Part shown: in pieces, positions 1 to 11,596 of the stretch
Numbering within the stretch: the first letter of the stretch is position 1
How the letters are laid out: every line of letters starts with the position of its first letter
NCBI GenBank assembly: GCA_944363555.1
Contig: CALVUL010000020.1
Location: 1-55,271 of the forward strand
Direction: 5' to 3'
From: an uncultured Clostridia bacterium
Lineage (GTDB): Bacteria > Bacillota > Clostridia > Christensenellales > Borkfalkiaceae
DNA: 55,271 nucleotides
Notes under the pieces: model-generated
Told to the model about the DNA's origin: nothing
Seen by the model: only the letters and a program-made list of their open reading frames with translations
Databases searched by the model: none
Program-made: the position numbers and the translations under genes

Positions 1-4
1 ACAA

Positions 5-40
5 CAACCAAGGGGGCGAAGTTTTGAAACTTCGCCCCCT
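5..40 (-). terminator. Putative rho-independent terminator downstream of the MFS gene
   Basis: 11-bp stem AGGGGGCGAAG (11-21) / CTTCGCCCCCT (30-40) with an 8-nt loop. On the minus strand it is followed by the T-rich TGGTTGTTGT. Confidence 0.4.
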
Positions 41-95
41 TCATCATTGCATCGTTGATCCGACGGGGTCTTACCCGCAAAGGTTTGTGCCGAAA

Positions 96-1364
96 TTATT
101 GCAGTTTGCTTTCCGTTCCGTTCAGCAGTACCGCTTTTTTCTTTTTTGACAATTTATAAAGGATTCCGAAACACACCGCCGCCAAAACGGGAAAGATTGC
201 GGCGAACAAAACGCCGGCTTTCATGCCGAGTTGCTCGACGGTAAGCTGAAGCGACGAGGCAAGACCCGCCGCGTCGGGGTTCAGGATGATCGCGTCCGCA
301 ATCAGTCCGATGAGCTGCGGGCCGACGGAGGCACCGAGATCCCCTCCGGCCGCCATAAGCGCAAAAACAGCCACATTGGCGTGCGGGAAAAAATCGGAAG
401 TTGCAATCAGGCTGCCCGGCCAGAGCATCGACGTACAGAATCCCGTAAGCGCACAGGCAATCAATCCGAGAACGGGCAGAGACGTTACCGCCGCAACCAC
501 ATAACACACGATCGCGCCGCAGGCTCCCGCAATGAGAAAGCGGTAGATGCTCTTACCGCAAAGCGCGTAAATCGTTCTTCCGAGTCCGAGCATGAACGCG
601 AACATTGCCACGCCGAAAATATCCCCCAGAAGTTTGGAAATCCCGAGCGCCTGTTCCAGATATCCGGAACACCATTGCGACATGATGTTTTCGCTTGCTC
701 CCCCGAAGAAAATACATAAAATACAGAGAATCAGGGATTTATCCGTAAACAGCTTCACCGCGCCGGACGTCTTTTGCGGAGTTTCCATTTCGGGCATGGG
801 CGCGAAAAAAAACAATCCCGCCGCCACAACGGGGATCGCCGTCAGTCCCAACGCCAGCCAATACCAATTTTCCTTTCCGATCAGATACAGGATTCCGCTG
901 CTCGCCAATACGATCGCAACGACGCCCCATGCGTACACGGAGTGAAGTTTGCTCATTTCCCGTTCCGGATGTTCGGAAGGCATCGCGGCGATCAGCGGAC
1001 TGATGAGAACTTCCGCCAGACCGCCGGAAAGGGCAAAAATCATCGTTCCCGCCACAAGTCCCCAATATGCCGCCTGCGGAAAGAGCATCGGCAGCGTGGC
1101 ATAAACCGCAAACCCGACCGCCGTCAGAACGGGCATGATCCTGATCGTCAGTTTGAGATTGAACTTATGCGAATAGAACGAAAAAATCAGATCGATGGCA
1201 AGCTGCGTGCAGAAGTTCACAAGCACGAGCAAGCCGAGCAGACTGTATGAAATTCCGTAGTGCGTATAGAATGTGGAAAAAAGCAGCGGAGAAATCGTCG
1301 CAACAGCGGACATGGAAATATTGGTGATATACGCGGCAGCCTTTGCCGTTCTGAAATTTTGCAT
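96..1364 (-). CDS. MFS-type transporter
   Basis: 422-aa ORF that is hydrophobic throughout, with about 12 predicted TM segments in a 6+6 layout and a central loop (PSEHPEREMSK). Family call is from topology only; substrate unknown. Confidence 0.7.
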   Translation of the reverse strand: MQNFRTAKAAAYITNISMSAVATISPLLFSTFYTHYGISYSLLGLLVLVNFCTQLAIDLIFSFYSHKFNLKLTIRIMPVLTAVGFAVYATLPMLFPQAAYWGLVAGTMIFALSGGLAEVLISPLIAAMPSEHPEREMSKLHSVYAWGVVAIVLASSGILYLIGKENWYWLALGLTAIPVVAAGLFFFAPMPEMETPQKTSGAVKLFTDKSLILCILCIFFGGASENIMSQWCSGYLEQALGISKLLGDIFGVAMFAFMLGLGRTIYALCGKSIYRFLIAGACGAIVCYVVAAVTSLPVLGLIACALTGFCTSMLWPGSLIATSDFFPHANVAVFALMAAGGDLGASVGPQLIGLIADAIILNPDAAGLASSLQLTVEQLGMKAGVLFAAIFPVLAAVCFGILYKLSKKKKAVLLNGTESKLQ

Positions 1365-1395
1365 CTTCTTTTCGACCGATCATTCAGTTTTTTTA

Positions 1396-1425
1396 ATTAT
1401 AACACAATTTTTCTCAGTATGTAAA
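1396..1425 (-). promoter_or_regulatory. SigA-type promoter for the MFS gene
   Basis: Minus strand reads TTTACA (1425-1420), an 18-nt spacer, then TGT-TATAAT (1401-1396). It lies about 31 nt upstream of the ATG at 1364. Confidence 0.45.
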
Positions 1426-1496
1426 GAATTTAACTGCCACTCGCTTGCGTTTTGATCGATTTTCGGCGCAGAAAACGAGCAGTTTTTTCCGCTTAA

Positions 1497-1531
1497 TCAA
1501 AAAGCGGTCTGCCCGACGGCAAACCGCTTTC
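1497..1531 (-). terminator. Rho-independent terminator of gdhA
   Basis: Minus strand reads GAAAGCGGTTTGCC-GTCG-GGCAGACCGCTTTTT, directly after the gdhA stop at 1557. Confidence 0.6.
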
Positions 1532-1556
1532 AACCGTTTTAAGTGAAACGCTTTTA

Positions 1557-2942
<1,386 letters not shown>

Positions 2943-2953
2943 TTACGTTTTTT

Positions 2954-2982
2954 ATTTTAGCACAACTTTTTCCGCTTGACAA
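2954..2982 (-). promoter_or_regulatory. SigA-type promoter for gdhA
   Basis: Minus strand reads TTGTCA (2982-2977), a 17-nt spacer, then TGC-TAAAAT (2959-2954), an extended -10. Confidence 0.5.
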
Positions 2983-3099
2983 CTTTATGGCAAAATGTTT
3001 CCCCAAAAAATATTTTATAGGGTATATTATCCCGACTTATACTTTTTCGGCTTGTTTTCTCGTCGGAAATGTGGTATACTGAAAAAAAGGAGCGCGAAG

Positions 3100-4371
3100 A
3101 TGAAGACCATCTCCAGACCCGTAAAAAAAAGCAAAGTAAAGCGTTTCGACTTCGTGAAAAAGCCGTATTATTTTTCGCCGATGCGGCATATCGCCTATCT
3201 CGCGGCGAAATTCGTGCTGCGCGGCGGGGACGTGCGCATCCGCCGCGTCGGTATGGAAGGGCTGAAACCGCCCTATTTCATACTGGCGAACCACGCCTCC
3301 GTTTACGATATGGCCACGAGCATGCTCGTAAATTACCCGCACCGCACCTATAACGTGGTCGCCCTCGACGGGCTGTACGACTTCACCGAACCGCTGATGC
3401 GCAGCATCGGCACCATCGCCAAACGCAAATTCATCAAGGATTTCATGCTGCTCAAAAACATGAAATACGTCGTTACCCGCTGTAAGGACGCCATTTTGAT
3501 GATGTACCCCGAAGCGAAATATTCCCTGCAGGGGGCGACCTCCTATCTGCCGCCGACGCTCGGCAAACTGGCGAAGTTCCTCGGCGTTCCGGTGGTTTCC
3601 TGCCATTTGAGCGGCTGTTACGTAAACGCGCCGCAGTGGCACAAAATCTACAACAAGCGCCCGAAAATCGAAGCGGTGATCACGCAGACCTGCACCGCGG
3701 AGGACGTGAAAAACCTTTCGGAAGAGGAACTGCAGAAAAAGATCGTGGACAATTTCGTTTACGACGATTTCAAATGGCAGAAGGAAAACAACGTGATCAT
3801 AGACGTGCCTTACCGCGCGCAGGGGCTCAACCGCATCCTCTATAAATGCCCGCACTGCGGCACGGCGCACCGGATGGAGGGCGAGGGCATCCGCCTTACC
3901 TGCAAAGCCTGCGGCAAGGTGTGGGAGATGACCCCCCTCGGCGAACTGAAAGCGCTGGAAGGCGAAACGGAATTTTCCCATATTCCCGACTGGTTCGACT
4001 GGGAAAAGGCGGATGTGGAACGCCGCGTGCGGGAGGGCTCGTACCGTTTCGAGGACGAAGTAAGGGTAAAGACCATGCCCAACGCCAAGCACATGTACCG
4101 CCACCCCAACGGCAGGCTGATCCACGACAATTCCGGCTTCCGCTTTATCGGGCACGTGTACGACGAGGACGTCGATTTGTTTTTCGATTCCAAAATTCAG
4201 GACGGCGTGCACATCGAATACCCCATCAAGAACAACGATTATACCGACAGCGTGATCTTATACACGCAGGAGGAAAGTTATTACCTGATGCCCGTCAACG
4301 CGCGGGACGTCATTACCGAGATTTCCCTCGCCACCGACGCGATCTACGCCCTCCGCAACGAAAAAAAATAA
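3100..4371 (+). CDS. PlsC-family lysophospholipid/glycerol-phosphate acyltransferase with a C-terminal Zn-ribbon domain
   Basis: HX4D acyltransferase motif NHASVYD. Cys pairs CPHCG...CKACG occur in the C-terminal half. Start moved from the ORF-track 2995 to ATG 3100 (MKTISRP), which follows AAAGGAG at 3086-3092. Confidence 0.7.
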   Translation: MKTISRPVKKSKVKRFDFVKKPYYFSPMRHIAYLAAKFVLRGGDVRIRRVGMEGLKPPYFILANHASVYDMATSMLVNYPHRTYNVVALDGLYDFTEPLMRSIGTIAKRKFIKDFMLLKNMKYVVTRCKDAILMMYPEAKYSLQGATSYLPPTLGKLAKFLGVPVVSCHLSGCYVNAPQWHKIYNKRPKIEAVITQTCTAEDVKNLSEEELQKKIVDNFVYDDFKWQKENNVIIDVPYRAQGLNRILYKCPHCGTAHRMEGEGIRLTCKACGKVWEMTPLGELKALEGETEFSHIPDWFDWEKADVERRVREGSYRFEDEVRVKTMPNAKHMYRHPNGRLIHDNSGFRFIGHVYDEDVDLFFDSKIQDGVHIEYPIKNNDYTDSVILYTQEESYYLMPVNARDVITEISLATDAIYALRNEKK

Positions 4372-4390
4372 TTTCCGCTCCGGCATGAAA

Positions 4391-4438
4391 ACGCGCCCGC
4401 CGCAAAATGTATTTGCGTCGGGCGCGCTCTGTTTTTTT
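4391..4438. terminator. Bidirectional terminator between the convergent acyltransferase and rseP genes
   Basis: Stem ACGCGCCCGcCGCAAA / TTTGCGtCGGGCGCG followed by CTCTGTTTTTTT on the plus strand. TTTTC follows the stem on the minus strand. Confidence 0.6.
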
Positions 4439-4457
4439 GTATTTTTAATTTGTATTT

Positions 4458-5540
4458 TTAAAATAATTGCAGCACGTCCACGAGCACGGCGAAACCGACG
4501 AGAAGGAGCAGCCCCGCGAAATGAATCGCCCCCTCCACCTTTCGGTTGAGCGGTTTTTTGCGCGCCCATTCGATAAGGGTGAAGATCACGCGGCTGCCGT
4601 CCAGCGCGGGGATGGGCAGCAGATTGAACACCGCGAGGTTGACCCCGATAAACGAAGAGATCATCAAAAGATAATTGAGCCCGCCCGTTTTAATGGCGTT
4701 GGCGGTTACGGTAACGGTGGTGATCGTTCCCCCAAGCGAGGAAAGACCCAGCCGCCCCGTCAGCAATTGGCCGAGCACGGTGAAGATGGTGCCGGCGATG
4801 CGGAACGAGTATTCCAAACTGCCGCCCAGCGTTTCCCAAAACCCGCTGCGCACGTTGACGGCGTACAGGCTCTTGCAGCCGAGCGCTTTAAGCAGGGTTA
4901 CAGTGTCCTCGACGTTGACGAAATCGCCGTCGCTCTTCAACGCGATTTCCAGTTCCTTTTTCTCCCCGTTCCGCAAAACCGTTACGGGCACGACGTCGCC
5001 CGCGGCGAAATCGTCGATGGATTTCATGATGTCCGTCGCCATATAGATGCTGCGGCGGTTGATGCTTAAAATCACGTCGTCCACGCAAAGCGCCTGTTCG
5101 CGCGCGATCGCCGAACCGCCGGCGAGTTCCTGCACGCGGTACGCCGGCCGGCCGTAGGCGGCGAACATGGCGACGACGAGCAGAAGGGCGAGCACGTAAT
5201 TCATCAGCGCGCCGGAAACGAGCACGGCGATCCTCTGCCACGGCTTTTTGTTGTTGCACGCGTCGGGCTCGGCAGCGTCTTCATCCTCCCCCGCGAAAGC
5301 GCAGAACCCCCCGAGGGGCAGCGCGCGCACCGAAAAGACCTCCCCGCTTTTCGCTTTGCGCGAAAAGAGTTTCGGTCCGAACCCGACGGCGAATTCATCG
5401 ATCTTGAAACGGAAAATTTTGCCCGCCGCGTAATGCCCGAATTCGTGCACGGTGATCATCGCCAGCAGCACGACGATTGCCAGCAGCACATACAGGATAT
5501 TCTGCATTACGCCCGCGAAACTAAGCAGTTGATGTTCCAT
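4458..5540 (-). CDS. rseP: Site-2 (RIP) zinc metalloprotease, M50 family
   Basis: 360 aa. HEFGH zinc motif in TM1, a central PDZ-like segment, and the NLLPIPALDG motif. GGAG lies 5 nt upstream of ATG 5540. Conserved position after dxr. Confidence 0.9.
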   Translation of the reverse strand: MEHQLLSFAGVMQNILYVLLAIVVLLAMITVHEFGHYAAGKIFRFKIDEFAVGFGPKLFSRKAKSGEVFSVRALPLGGFCAFAGEDEDAAEPDACNNKKPWQRIAVLVSGALMNYVLALLLVVAMFAAYGRPAYRVQELAGGSAIAREQALCVDDVILSINRRSIYMATDIMKSIDDFAAGDVVPVTVLRNGEKKELEIALKSDGDFVNVEDTVTLLKALGCKSLYAVNVRSGFWETLGGSLEYSFRIAGTIFTVLGQLLTGRLGLSSLGGTITTVTVTANAIKTGGLNYLLMISSFIGVNLAVFNLLPIPALDGSRVIFTLIEWARKKPLNRKVEGAIHFAGLLLLVGFAVLVDVLQLF

Positions 5541-6720
5541 TCAGCTCCGATATGATCTCTTTCGCCAGCGCGCGCGCTTTTTTATCCTCGCGCACCAGCG
5601 TTTCTTCCCCGTCGACAGCGACGCGCGCCGTGCGCTCCAACGTTTTTTCGAGCACCCGCGCGATGTCCGTAAAGCGGATATTGCCCCCGAGAAATTCCCC
5701 CACCGCGACTTCGTCCGCCGCGTTCAGGGCGCAGGGGTAGTTGTCTCCCATCTTCATGCTTTCCAGCGCGATGTAAAAACAGGGATACTTTTCCCTTTCC
5801 ACAGGCTGAAAGGTCAGCGCGCCGAGCGTTTGGAAATCGAGTTTTCTGCACGCCGTATCCAGCCGCCTTGGCGCGGTGAGCGCCAGTTGTATGGGCACTT
5901 CCATGGACGGCGCGCCCAACTGCGCGAGCACGGCGCCGTCTTTCATCTCCACCATGGAATGGATGACGCTCTGCGGGTGCACGACGACTTCCACCTGTTC
6001 CGCCTTCGCGCCGTACAGCCACATCGCCTCCATCACCTCGAACGCCTTGTTGACCATCGTGGCGCAGTCCACCGTGATGCGCCCGCCCATGTTCCAGTTG
6101 GGGTGCCTGAGCGCTTCCGCCGCGGTTACGTTTTCCAGTTCCGCGGCGCTTTTGTCGCGGAACGCCCCGCCCGACGCCGTCAGAATGATCTTTTCGTATT
6201 CCGCGCCGCGGTCGAACCCCAGCGCCTGCCAGATCGCCGAATGTTCGCTGTCGATCGGCGCGATCTCCACCCCCGCCGCCTTCGCCGCGGGAATGACCAG
6301 CGACCCGCCGACGACGAGGCTTTCCTTGTTGGCGAGGGCGATCTTTTTCTTTTTCCGGATCGCTTCGAGCACGGCGCGCACGCCGATGAACCCGACGAGC
6401 GCCACCACGACGACGTCCGCTTCCTCGACGATCGCCTGCAAATAAGCGTCCTCCCCGAAGAAGAGCGCGCAGCGTTCGCCGTTCCCGTAATCGTAATAAA
6501 AGCCGCCCTCCCCCCGTTTGACGGCGGGGCATATCCCCGCCGCGCCGCGCGCCAGCGCGGCGGTGCGGGGACGGAACGTTTCGATCTGTTCAAAAAAAGC
6601 GCGGGCATTCCCGCCCGCGGCAAGGGAAACGATTTCAAATTCGCCTCTATGCCGCAGGGCGATGTTCAGCGTCTGTACGCCGATCGAACCCGTGCTTCCG
6701 AGAAGTGCTATTTTTATCAT
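5521..6720 (-). CDS. dxr: 1-deoxy-D-xylulose-5-phosphate reductoisomerase
   Basis: N-terminal NADPH motif LLGSTGSIG and full-length Dxr similarity (SEHSAIWQ, NKGLE-like NKAFEVMEA). The track ORF starts at TTG 6726; ATG 6720 (MIKIALLG) is better spaced from AGG. Confidence 0.93.
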   Translation of the reverse strand: MIKIALLGSTGSIGVQTLNIALRHRGEFEIVSLAAGGNARAFFEQIETFRPRTAALARGAAGICPAVKRGEGGFYYDYGNGERCALFFGEDAYLQAIVEEADVVVVALVGFIGVRAVLEAIRKKKKIALANKESLVVGGSLVIPAAKAAGVEIAPIDSEHSAIWQALGFDRGAEYEKIILTASGGAFRDKSAAELENVTAAEALRHPNWNMGGRITVDCATMVNKAFEVMEAMWLYGAKAEQVEVVVHPQSVIHSMVEMKDGAVLAQLGAPSMEVPIQLALTAPRRLDTACRKLDFQTLGALTFQPVEREKYPCFYIALESMKMGDNYPCALNAADEVAVGEFLGGNIRFTDIARVLEKTLERTARVAVDGEETLVREDKKARALAKEIISELNGTSTA

Positions 6721-6758
6721 ATTCAACCTGATGGGTTTTTATACCGCCCGCCGGCGGA

Positions 6759-7589
6759 TTATAACGCCAAAAACACCAGCGCGACGAACACCGCGCAGAA
6801 AGAGATGCCGTCGATCCTGTCCATCACGCCGCCGTGCCCCGGCATAATCTTCCCCATATCCTTGACGCCCGCGCGGCGTTTGAGCCAACTTTCGAACAGA
6901 TCGCCCGCTTCCGTAAACAGCGCGGCAACCAGCCCGATCGCCAGAAAGATCAGCCAGCCGAGGGGCAGTTCGGGGCGGAAGACGAAATAAAGAACGAGCG
7001 CCCCCGTCGCGCCGCCGACGAGCCCGCCGACCGCGCCGGACACCGTTTTGTTGGGGCTGATCGCGGGGCAGAGTTTTCTGCCGCCGATCATGCTGCCGAC
7101 GAGATACGCAAAGGTATCCGCGAGGGGGGATGTTACAAAGATCAGCAGCAGCGCCAAAAGCGCGTTTTCCCCGTAGGTATTCGCGGCGAGCATACCCGCA
7201 AGCAGCGCGTTCGGATAAAATACGGGCAGCATGCACGCCCCCGCGTTGAAGCCGAATTCCTCTTTGGAAAACGCCCGCGCGAGGACGACGCCCGCGCCGC
7301 AGAGGACGAGGACGACGCTCCCCCATTCCAACCCGAAAAAGGTGGTAACCGGCACAAACGCCAGCGCGCACAGCGCGACGATCGCGCCCGCCGCCGCGCC
7401 CGCGCCGCCCTTGAAGGCGCCGCCGAAGGCTTCGCTGTTTTTCAGCGCCCGCCATACCTCGAAGGTGCCGACGAGCGAGAAAAAATACACGAGTATGTTG
7501 AACAGCCGGTAATCGACGTATTCCCTCAGAAAGAAAAACCCGACGACGAGGGCGACGAACACCGCGCCGGAAATCGTTCTTTTCAGCAT
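6759..7589 (-). CDS. cdsA: Phosphatidate cytidylyltransferase
   Basis: 276-aa polytopic protein carrying the CdsA signature KRRAGVKDMGKIMPGHGGVMDRIDG. Overlaps the uppS stop by 7 nt. Confidence 0.88.
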   Translation of the reverse strand: MLKRTISGAVFVALVVGFFFLREYVDYRLFNILVYFFSLVGTFEVWRALKNSEAFGGAFKGGAGAAAGAIVALCALAFVPVTTFFGLEWGSVVLVLCGAGVVLARAFSKEEFGFNAGACMLPVFYPNALLAGMLAANTYGENALLALLLIFVTSPLADTFAYLVGSMIGGRKLCPAISPNKTVSGAVGGLVGGATGALVLYFVFRPELPLGWLIFLAIGLVAALFTEAGDLFESWLKRRAGVKDMGKIMPGHGGVMDRIDGISFCAVFVALVFLAL

Positions 7590-8272
7590 CCTATTTTCCC
7601 GTACCTGCGCTTTCTTTTGGAAAAACTTTCCACGGCTTTATCGAATTCCGCCTCGTCGAAATCGGGCCAGAGCACATCGGTGAAATACAGTTCCGCATAC
7701 GCCGCCTGATACAATAAAAAGTTGGAAAGGCGGATCTCTCCCCCCGTGCGGATGATGAGATCGAGGGGGGGCTGCCCCGCGGTATAAAGGTGCTTTTCGA
7801 TGTTTTCTTCGGTAATCGCGCCCTCCGCCGCGGCGGCGCGCGCCGCGTGCGCGATCTCCCCGCGCCCGCCGTAATCCACCAAGATGTTGAGATTGCGTTC
7901 GGTGAACGCCGCCGTCTTGCCCGTATACTTGTCGATGACCGCGACGAGTTCCGCGGAAAGGCGGTCCTTCCTGCCCAACACGTTGAGGCGGATCTGCTTT
8001 TTCACCGCCTTCGCCGTCAGTTTTTTCAGATATTGGGCGAGCAGTTTCATCAGTTCCTTCACTTCCTCTTCCGGCCGCGCCCAGTTTTCCGAAGAAAACG
8101 CGTAGAGCGTGAGACTCTTCACCCCCGAAGAAAAGGCGTGCTCGGCGATACGGTCGACGTTTTCCGAACCGAATTTATGCCCGTAAGAGCGTTTTTTGCC
8201 CCGTTTTTCCGCCCAGCGCCCGTTGCCGTCCATGACGATGCCCACGTGCGCCGGCATTTTGATGTTTTCCAT
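7583..8272 (-). CDS. uppS: Undecaprenyl-diphosphate synthase (cis-isoprenyl transferase)
   Basis: Motifs HVGIVMDGNGRWA and LIIRTGGEIRLSNFLLYQAAYAELYF. Confidence 0.93.
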   Translation of the reverse strand: MENIKMPAHVGIVMDGNGRWAEKRGKKRSYGHKFGSENVDRIAEHAFSSGVKSLTLYAFSSENWARPEEEVKELMKLLAQYLKKLTAKAVKKQIRLNVLGRKDRLSAELVAVIDKYTGKTAAFTERNLNILVDYGGRGEIAHAARAAAAEGAITEENIEKHLYTAGQPPLDLIIRTGGEIRLSNFLLYQAAYAELYFTDVLWPDFDEAEFDKAVESFSKRKRRYGKIGC

Positions 8273-8273
8273 A

Positions 8274-8849
8274 TCAGACGGAAAGAACGTCCTTTTCCTT
8301 TTCCGCGGCGGCGGCGTCGATGGAGGAAACGGTTTTCGCCGCGATCTTTTCCGCCTCCTTTTCCGCCTGCGCGAGTTCGTCTTCGGAAAGTTCCTTGTTG
8401 TTTTTCAGTTTTTTCAGATCGTCCATGCAGTCGCGGCGGACGTTGCGCACCGCCACCTTGGCGTCCTCCGCCATCTTTTTGACCTGTTTGACGAGTTCCT
8501 TTCTGCGCTCTTCGGTGAGCTGCGGAAAGACGAGGCGGATGACCTTGCCGTCGTTGGTCGGCGTGATGCCGAGATTTTCCGCCAACAGCTGTTTTTCGAT
8601 GACTTTGAGCATGGAGTTGTCCCACGGGGCGATGACGAGGCAGCGCGCGTCGCTCACCGAAAGGTTCCCCACCTGATTGATGGGCGTGGGCGTGCCGTAG
8701 TAATCGACGAGCACTTTATCCAGAATGTGCGGATTCGCGCGCCCCGCGCGCAGCACCGCGTAATCGGCTTTGAGCACGGAAACGGTTTTTTCCATGCGCT
8801 CTTCCGCGTCGAGTAAGATCATTTCCACCTGTTCGTTTTCAAATGCCAT
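8274..8849 (-). CDS. frr: Ribosome recycling factor
   Basis: 191 aa with full-length RRF similarity. SD AAGGAGG lies 7 nt upstream of the ATG. Confidence 0.95.
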   Translation of the reverse strand: MAFENEQVEMILLDAEERMEKTVSVLKADYAVLRAGRANPHILDKVLVDYYGTPTPINQVGNLSVSDARCLVIAPWDNSMLKVIEKQLLAENLGITPTNDGKVIRLVFPQLTEERRKELVKQVKKMAEDAKVAVRNVRRDCMDDLKKLKNNKELSEDELAQAEKEAEKIAAKTVSSIDAAAAEKEKDVLSV

Positions 8850-8919
8850 TTTCTTTCCTCCTTTATTCCCCCGTTTGCGCCTTTTGCCCGCGCATACGGC
8901 TAAAGCGTTTGTTTTTCGT

Positions 8920-9627
8920 TTATTTTATCAGCGTGCCGATCCTTTCGCCAGCCACCGCGCGGCGGATGGCGTTCTCTTCAAACAGCCCGAACGCCAGCAC
9001 GGGGATGTCGTTTTCCATACAGATGGTAACCGCGGTGGCGTCCATCGCCTTTAAATTGCGGTTGATGAATTCCATGTGCGTGATCTCGTCGATCTTCTTC
9101 GCCGCGGGGTTGCGTTTGGGGTCGGAATCGTAGATCCCGTCCACATTCTTCGCCAGAAGAAGGATATCCGCGTTGATTTCCGCCGCCCGCAGCGCCGCGC
9201 CGGTATCGGTGGAAAAATACGGATTGCCCGTGCCGCACGCGAAGATGACGATGCGCCCCTTTTCGAGATGGGAAAGCGCCTTCCTTAAAATGTACGGCTC
9301 CGCCACCCGCGTGATGGTGAGCGCCGTCTGCACCCGCGTTTCCAGCCCGCGCCGTTCGAGCGCGTCCTGCAAAGCGAGGGAATTGATGACCGTGGCGAGC
9401 ATACCCATGTGGTCCGCCGTCGTCCTGTCCATTTCCTTGCCTTCGCGCCCCCGCCAGAAGTTCCCCCCGCCGATGATGATGCCGATTTCCACGCCCATTT
9501 CCTTCACGGCGCAGATCTGATCCACCACCTGTGAAATCACCTTTTCATCGAGCCCGAAACCCGCTTCGCCCGCGAGCGCCTCGCCCGAGAGTTTGATCAC
9601 TACCCTTCCGTATTTCGCCTTAGACAT
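8920..9627 (-). CDS. pyrH: UMP kinase
   Basis: Motifs RVVIKLSGEAL and IIIGGGNFWRG; 235 aa. Confidence 0.95.
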   Translation of the reverse strand: MSKAKYGRVVIKLSGEALAGEAGFGLDEKVISQVVDQICAVKEMGVEIGIIIGGGNFWRGREGKEMDRTTADHMGMLATVINSLALQDALERRGLETRVQTALTITRVAEPYILRKALSHLEKGRIVIFACGTGNPYFSTDTGAALRAAEINADILLLAKNVDGIYDSDPKRNPAAKKIDEITHMEFINRNLKAMDATAVTICMENDIPVLAFGLFEENAIRRAVAGERIGTLIK

Positions 9628-9656
9628 ATCCTCTCCTTTGCCGGCGCCCGAATACC

Positions 9657-9688
9657 AAAAGAAACACTTAACGCAAAGTGTTTCTTTT
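9657..9688 (-). terminator. Rho-independent terminator after tsf
   Basis: Minus strand reads AAAAGAAACACTT-TGCGTT-AAGTGTTTCTTTT. Confidence 0.6.
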
Positions 9689-9718
9689 CAGTTTTCGGTG
9701 TTTTGCCGTAAAATTCAA

Positions 9719-10600
9719 TTATTTTTTCATCTGCGCTTCGACTTCCGCCGCGAAATCGTTGGATTTCTTTTCCAAGCCTTCGCCCATCTCGAAACGCGCG
9801 AACCGTTTGACCTTCACGCCGCCGGCTTTCGCGGAAACTTCCTTTTCCACCTGCGCGATGGTCTTTTCGGGATCTTTGACGAATTTCTGGAAAAGCAGAC
9901 AGAAATCCTCGTAATATTTTACGATCCTGCCTTCCACCATCCTTTCGATGATCTTTTCGGGCTTGCCTTCGTTGAGCGCCTGCGCGCGGAGGATCTCCTT
10001 TTCGTGCTCCAGCACTTCCGCGGGCACGTCCTCCTTATTGACGTAGAGGGGCTTCGCCGCGGCGATCTGCAGCGCCACGTCGTGCGCGAACGCCTTCACT
10101 TCGTCGGTAACGTTTTCCGCCTCGATCTCCACCAGAACGCCCACTTTGCCGCCCATGTGGATGTAACTTTCCACCAATCCCTTTTCGGCGACGTATTTTT
10201 CAAAGCGGCGGATGGCGATTTTTTCGCCGATCTTCGCGGTTGCGGCGACGGTTTCTTCCTTTTTCGCCTCCACGAGCGCGTCGATATCCTTCACGTCGTT
10301 TTTGAGCACATAGTCGACGACGCCGTCCACGAACTCCTTATACTGATCGCCCTTGGCGACGAAATCGGTTTCGCAGTTGACTTCCGCCATCGCGCCGGCG
10401 TTGCCGGCGATCTTCGCCGCGACGATCCCTTCCGCCGCAATGCGCGACGCTTTCTTCGCCGCGGTGGCGATGCCTTTTTCCCTCAGATAGTCCACCGCCT
10501 TATCCATATCGCCGTCGGTTTCCGTAAGCGCTTTTTTGCAATCCAGTATTCCCGCGCCGGTCTTCTGACGGAGCGCGACCACATCGCTGCCTGTAAACAT
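9719..10600 (-). CDS. tsf: Elongation factor Ts
   Basis: N-terminal UBA-like region [35 protein letters not shown]. The track start (TTG 10618) sits inside the SD, so I use ATG 10600, 7 nt after AAGGAGG. Confidence 0.93.
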   Translation of the reverse strand: MFTGSDVVALRQKTGAGILDCKKALTETDGDMDKAVDYLREKGIATAAKKASRIAAEGIVAAKIAGNAGAMAEVNCETDFVAKGDQYKEFVDGVVDYVLKNDVKDIDALVEAKKEETVAATAKIGEKIAIRRFEKYVAEKGLVESYIHMGGKVGVLVEIEAENVTDEVKAFAHDVALQIAAAKPLYVNKEDVPAEVLEHEKEILRAQALNEGKPEKIIERMVEGRIVKYYEDFCLLFQKFVKDPEKTIAQVEKEVSAKAGGVKVKRFARFEMGEGLEKKSNDFAAEVEAQMKK

Positions 10601-10639
10601 AGTCATTCCTCCTTGCAATTTCCGTTATATCCGTTAAAA

Positions 10640-11446
10640 TTATTCTTCCGTTTTCGTCTCTTCCGCCGCGGGGGCTTCCTCTTCGGGCTGCGCCTCTTCC
10701 GCCTTGGCGCTCTCTTCCTCGTTCACGCCTTCGGCGGGTTCTTCGGGAATGGAATATTCCTCACCCTGATTGGCTTCGATGACGGCGTTGGCGATGACCG
10801 ACGCGATGAGTTTGACCGCGCGGATGGCGTCGTCGTTGCCCGGAATCACGTGATCGATGAGATCGGGGTCGCAGTTGGTATCGGTGATGGCGACGATGGG
10901 GATGTTGAGTTTGCGCGCTTCCTTCACGGCGATGTCCTCATGACTGGGGTCGACGACGAACATCACGCCCGGCAGCGTGCGCATTTCCTTGATGCCGCCG
11001 AGATTGGTTTCCAGTTTGTCGCGTTCCGCTTTCAGCCCGATCACTTCCTTTTTGGGAAGCAGATCGAACTCGCCCATCTTTTCCATGTTGTTGAGTTTGT
11101 TCAAGCGGTCCACGCGGCTGCGGATGGTCTTGAAATTGGTAAGCGTGCCGCCGAGCCATCTGGAATTGACGTAAAACATCCCGCAGCGTTCGGCTTCCTG
11201 TTTCACCGCTTCCTGCGCCTGTTTTTTCGTGCCGACGAACAGCACGCTCTTGCCCGCTTTCACCGATTCGACGATGAATTTGTACGCGTCGTTTTCAATG
11301 AGATCGACGGTCTGTTCGAGGTTGATGATGTGGATGCCGTTTCTTTCCCCGTAGATGTACTTCTTCATCTTGGGGTTCCACCTTCTGGTCTGGTGCCCGA
11401 AATGGACGCCGGCTTCCAGCAACTGCTTCATAGAAATCACTGCCAT
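10640..11446 (-). CDS. rpsB: 30S ribosomal protein S2
   Basis: Motif [19 protein letters not shown] with an acidic C-terminal tail. Start set to ATG 11446, preceded by GGAGG plus 7 nt, rather than the track start at 11488. Confidence 0.95.
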   Translation of the reverse strand: MAVISMKQLLEAGVHFGHQTRRWNPKMKKYIYGERNGIHIINLEQTVDLIENDAYKFIVESVKAGKSVLFVGTKKQAQEAVKQEAERCGMFYVNSRWLGGTLTNFKTIRSRVDRLNKLNNMEKMGEFDLLPKKEVIGLKAERDKLETNLGGIKEMRTLPGVMFVVDPSHEDIAVKEARKLNIPIVAITDTNCDPDLIDHVIPGNDDAIRAVKLIASVIANAVIEANQGEEYSIPEEPAEGVNEEESAKAEEAQPEEEAPAAEETKTEE

Positions 11447-11567
11447 TTTGAATCCTCCGTTTTTCCCTCCCCACGCCCTTTTAAGCACGGCTTATATCCC
11501 GCATGCACAAAATTTACGGGACAACGAACGCCGAAAGACGCGGGTGCGAATTTCTTATAGCCGATTT

Positions 11568-11596
11568 ATTTTACCACAGTTTCAAAGATTTTGCAA
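11568..11596 (-). promoter_or_regulatory. SigA-type promoter for rpsB-tsf
   Basis: Minus strand reads TTGCAA (11596-11591), a 17-nt spacer, then TGG-TAAAAT (11573-11568). This gives a leader of about 115 nt. Confidence 0.5.

Noticed and set aside
2976-2981. A plus-strand TTGACA considered as the -35 box for the acyltransferase gene.
   Set aside because: No acceptable -10 box lies 16-18 nt downstream on the plus strand. The hexamer is the mirror of the TTGTCA -35 box of the minus-strand gdhA promoter, which does have a TGc-TAAAAT -10 box.
9593-11560. A 655-aa plus-strand ORF spanning tsf and rpsB.
   Set aside because: It is antisense to two universally conserved genes and crosses their intergenic region. 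Its composition (F/R/H/L-rich) and the lack of an SD indicate a spurious frame.
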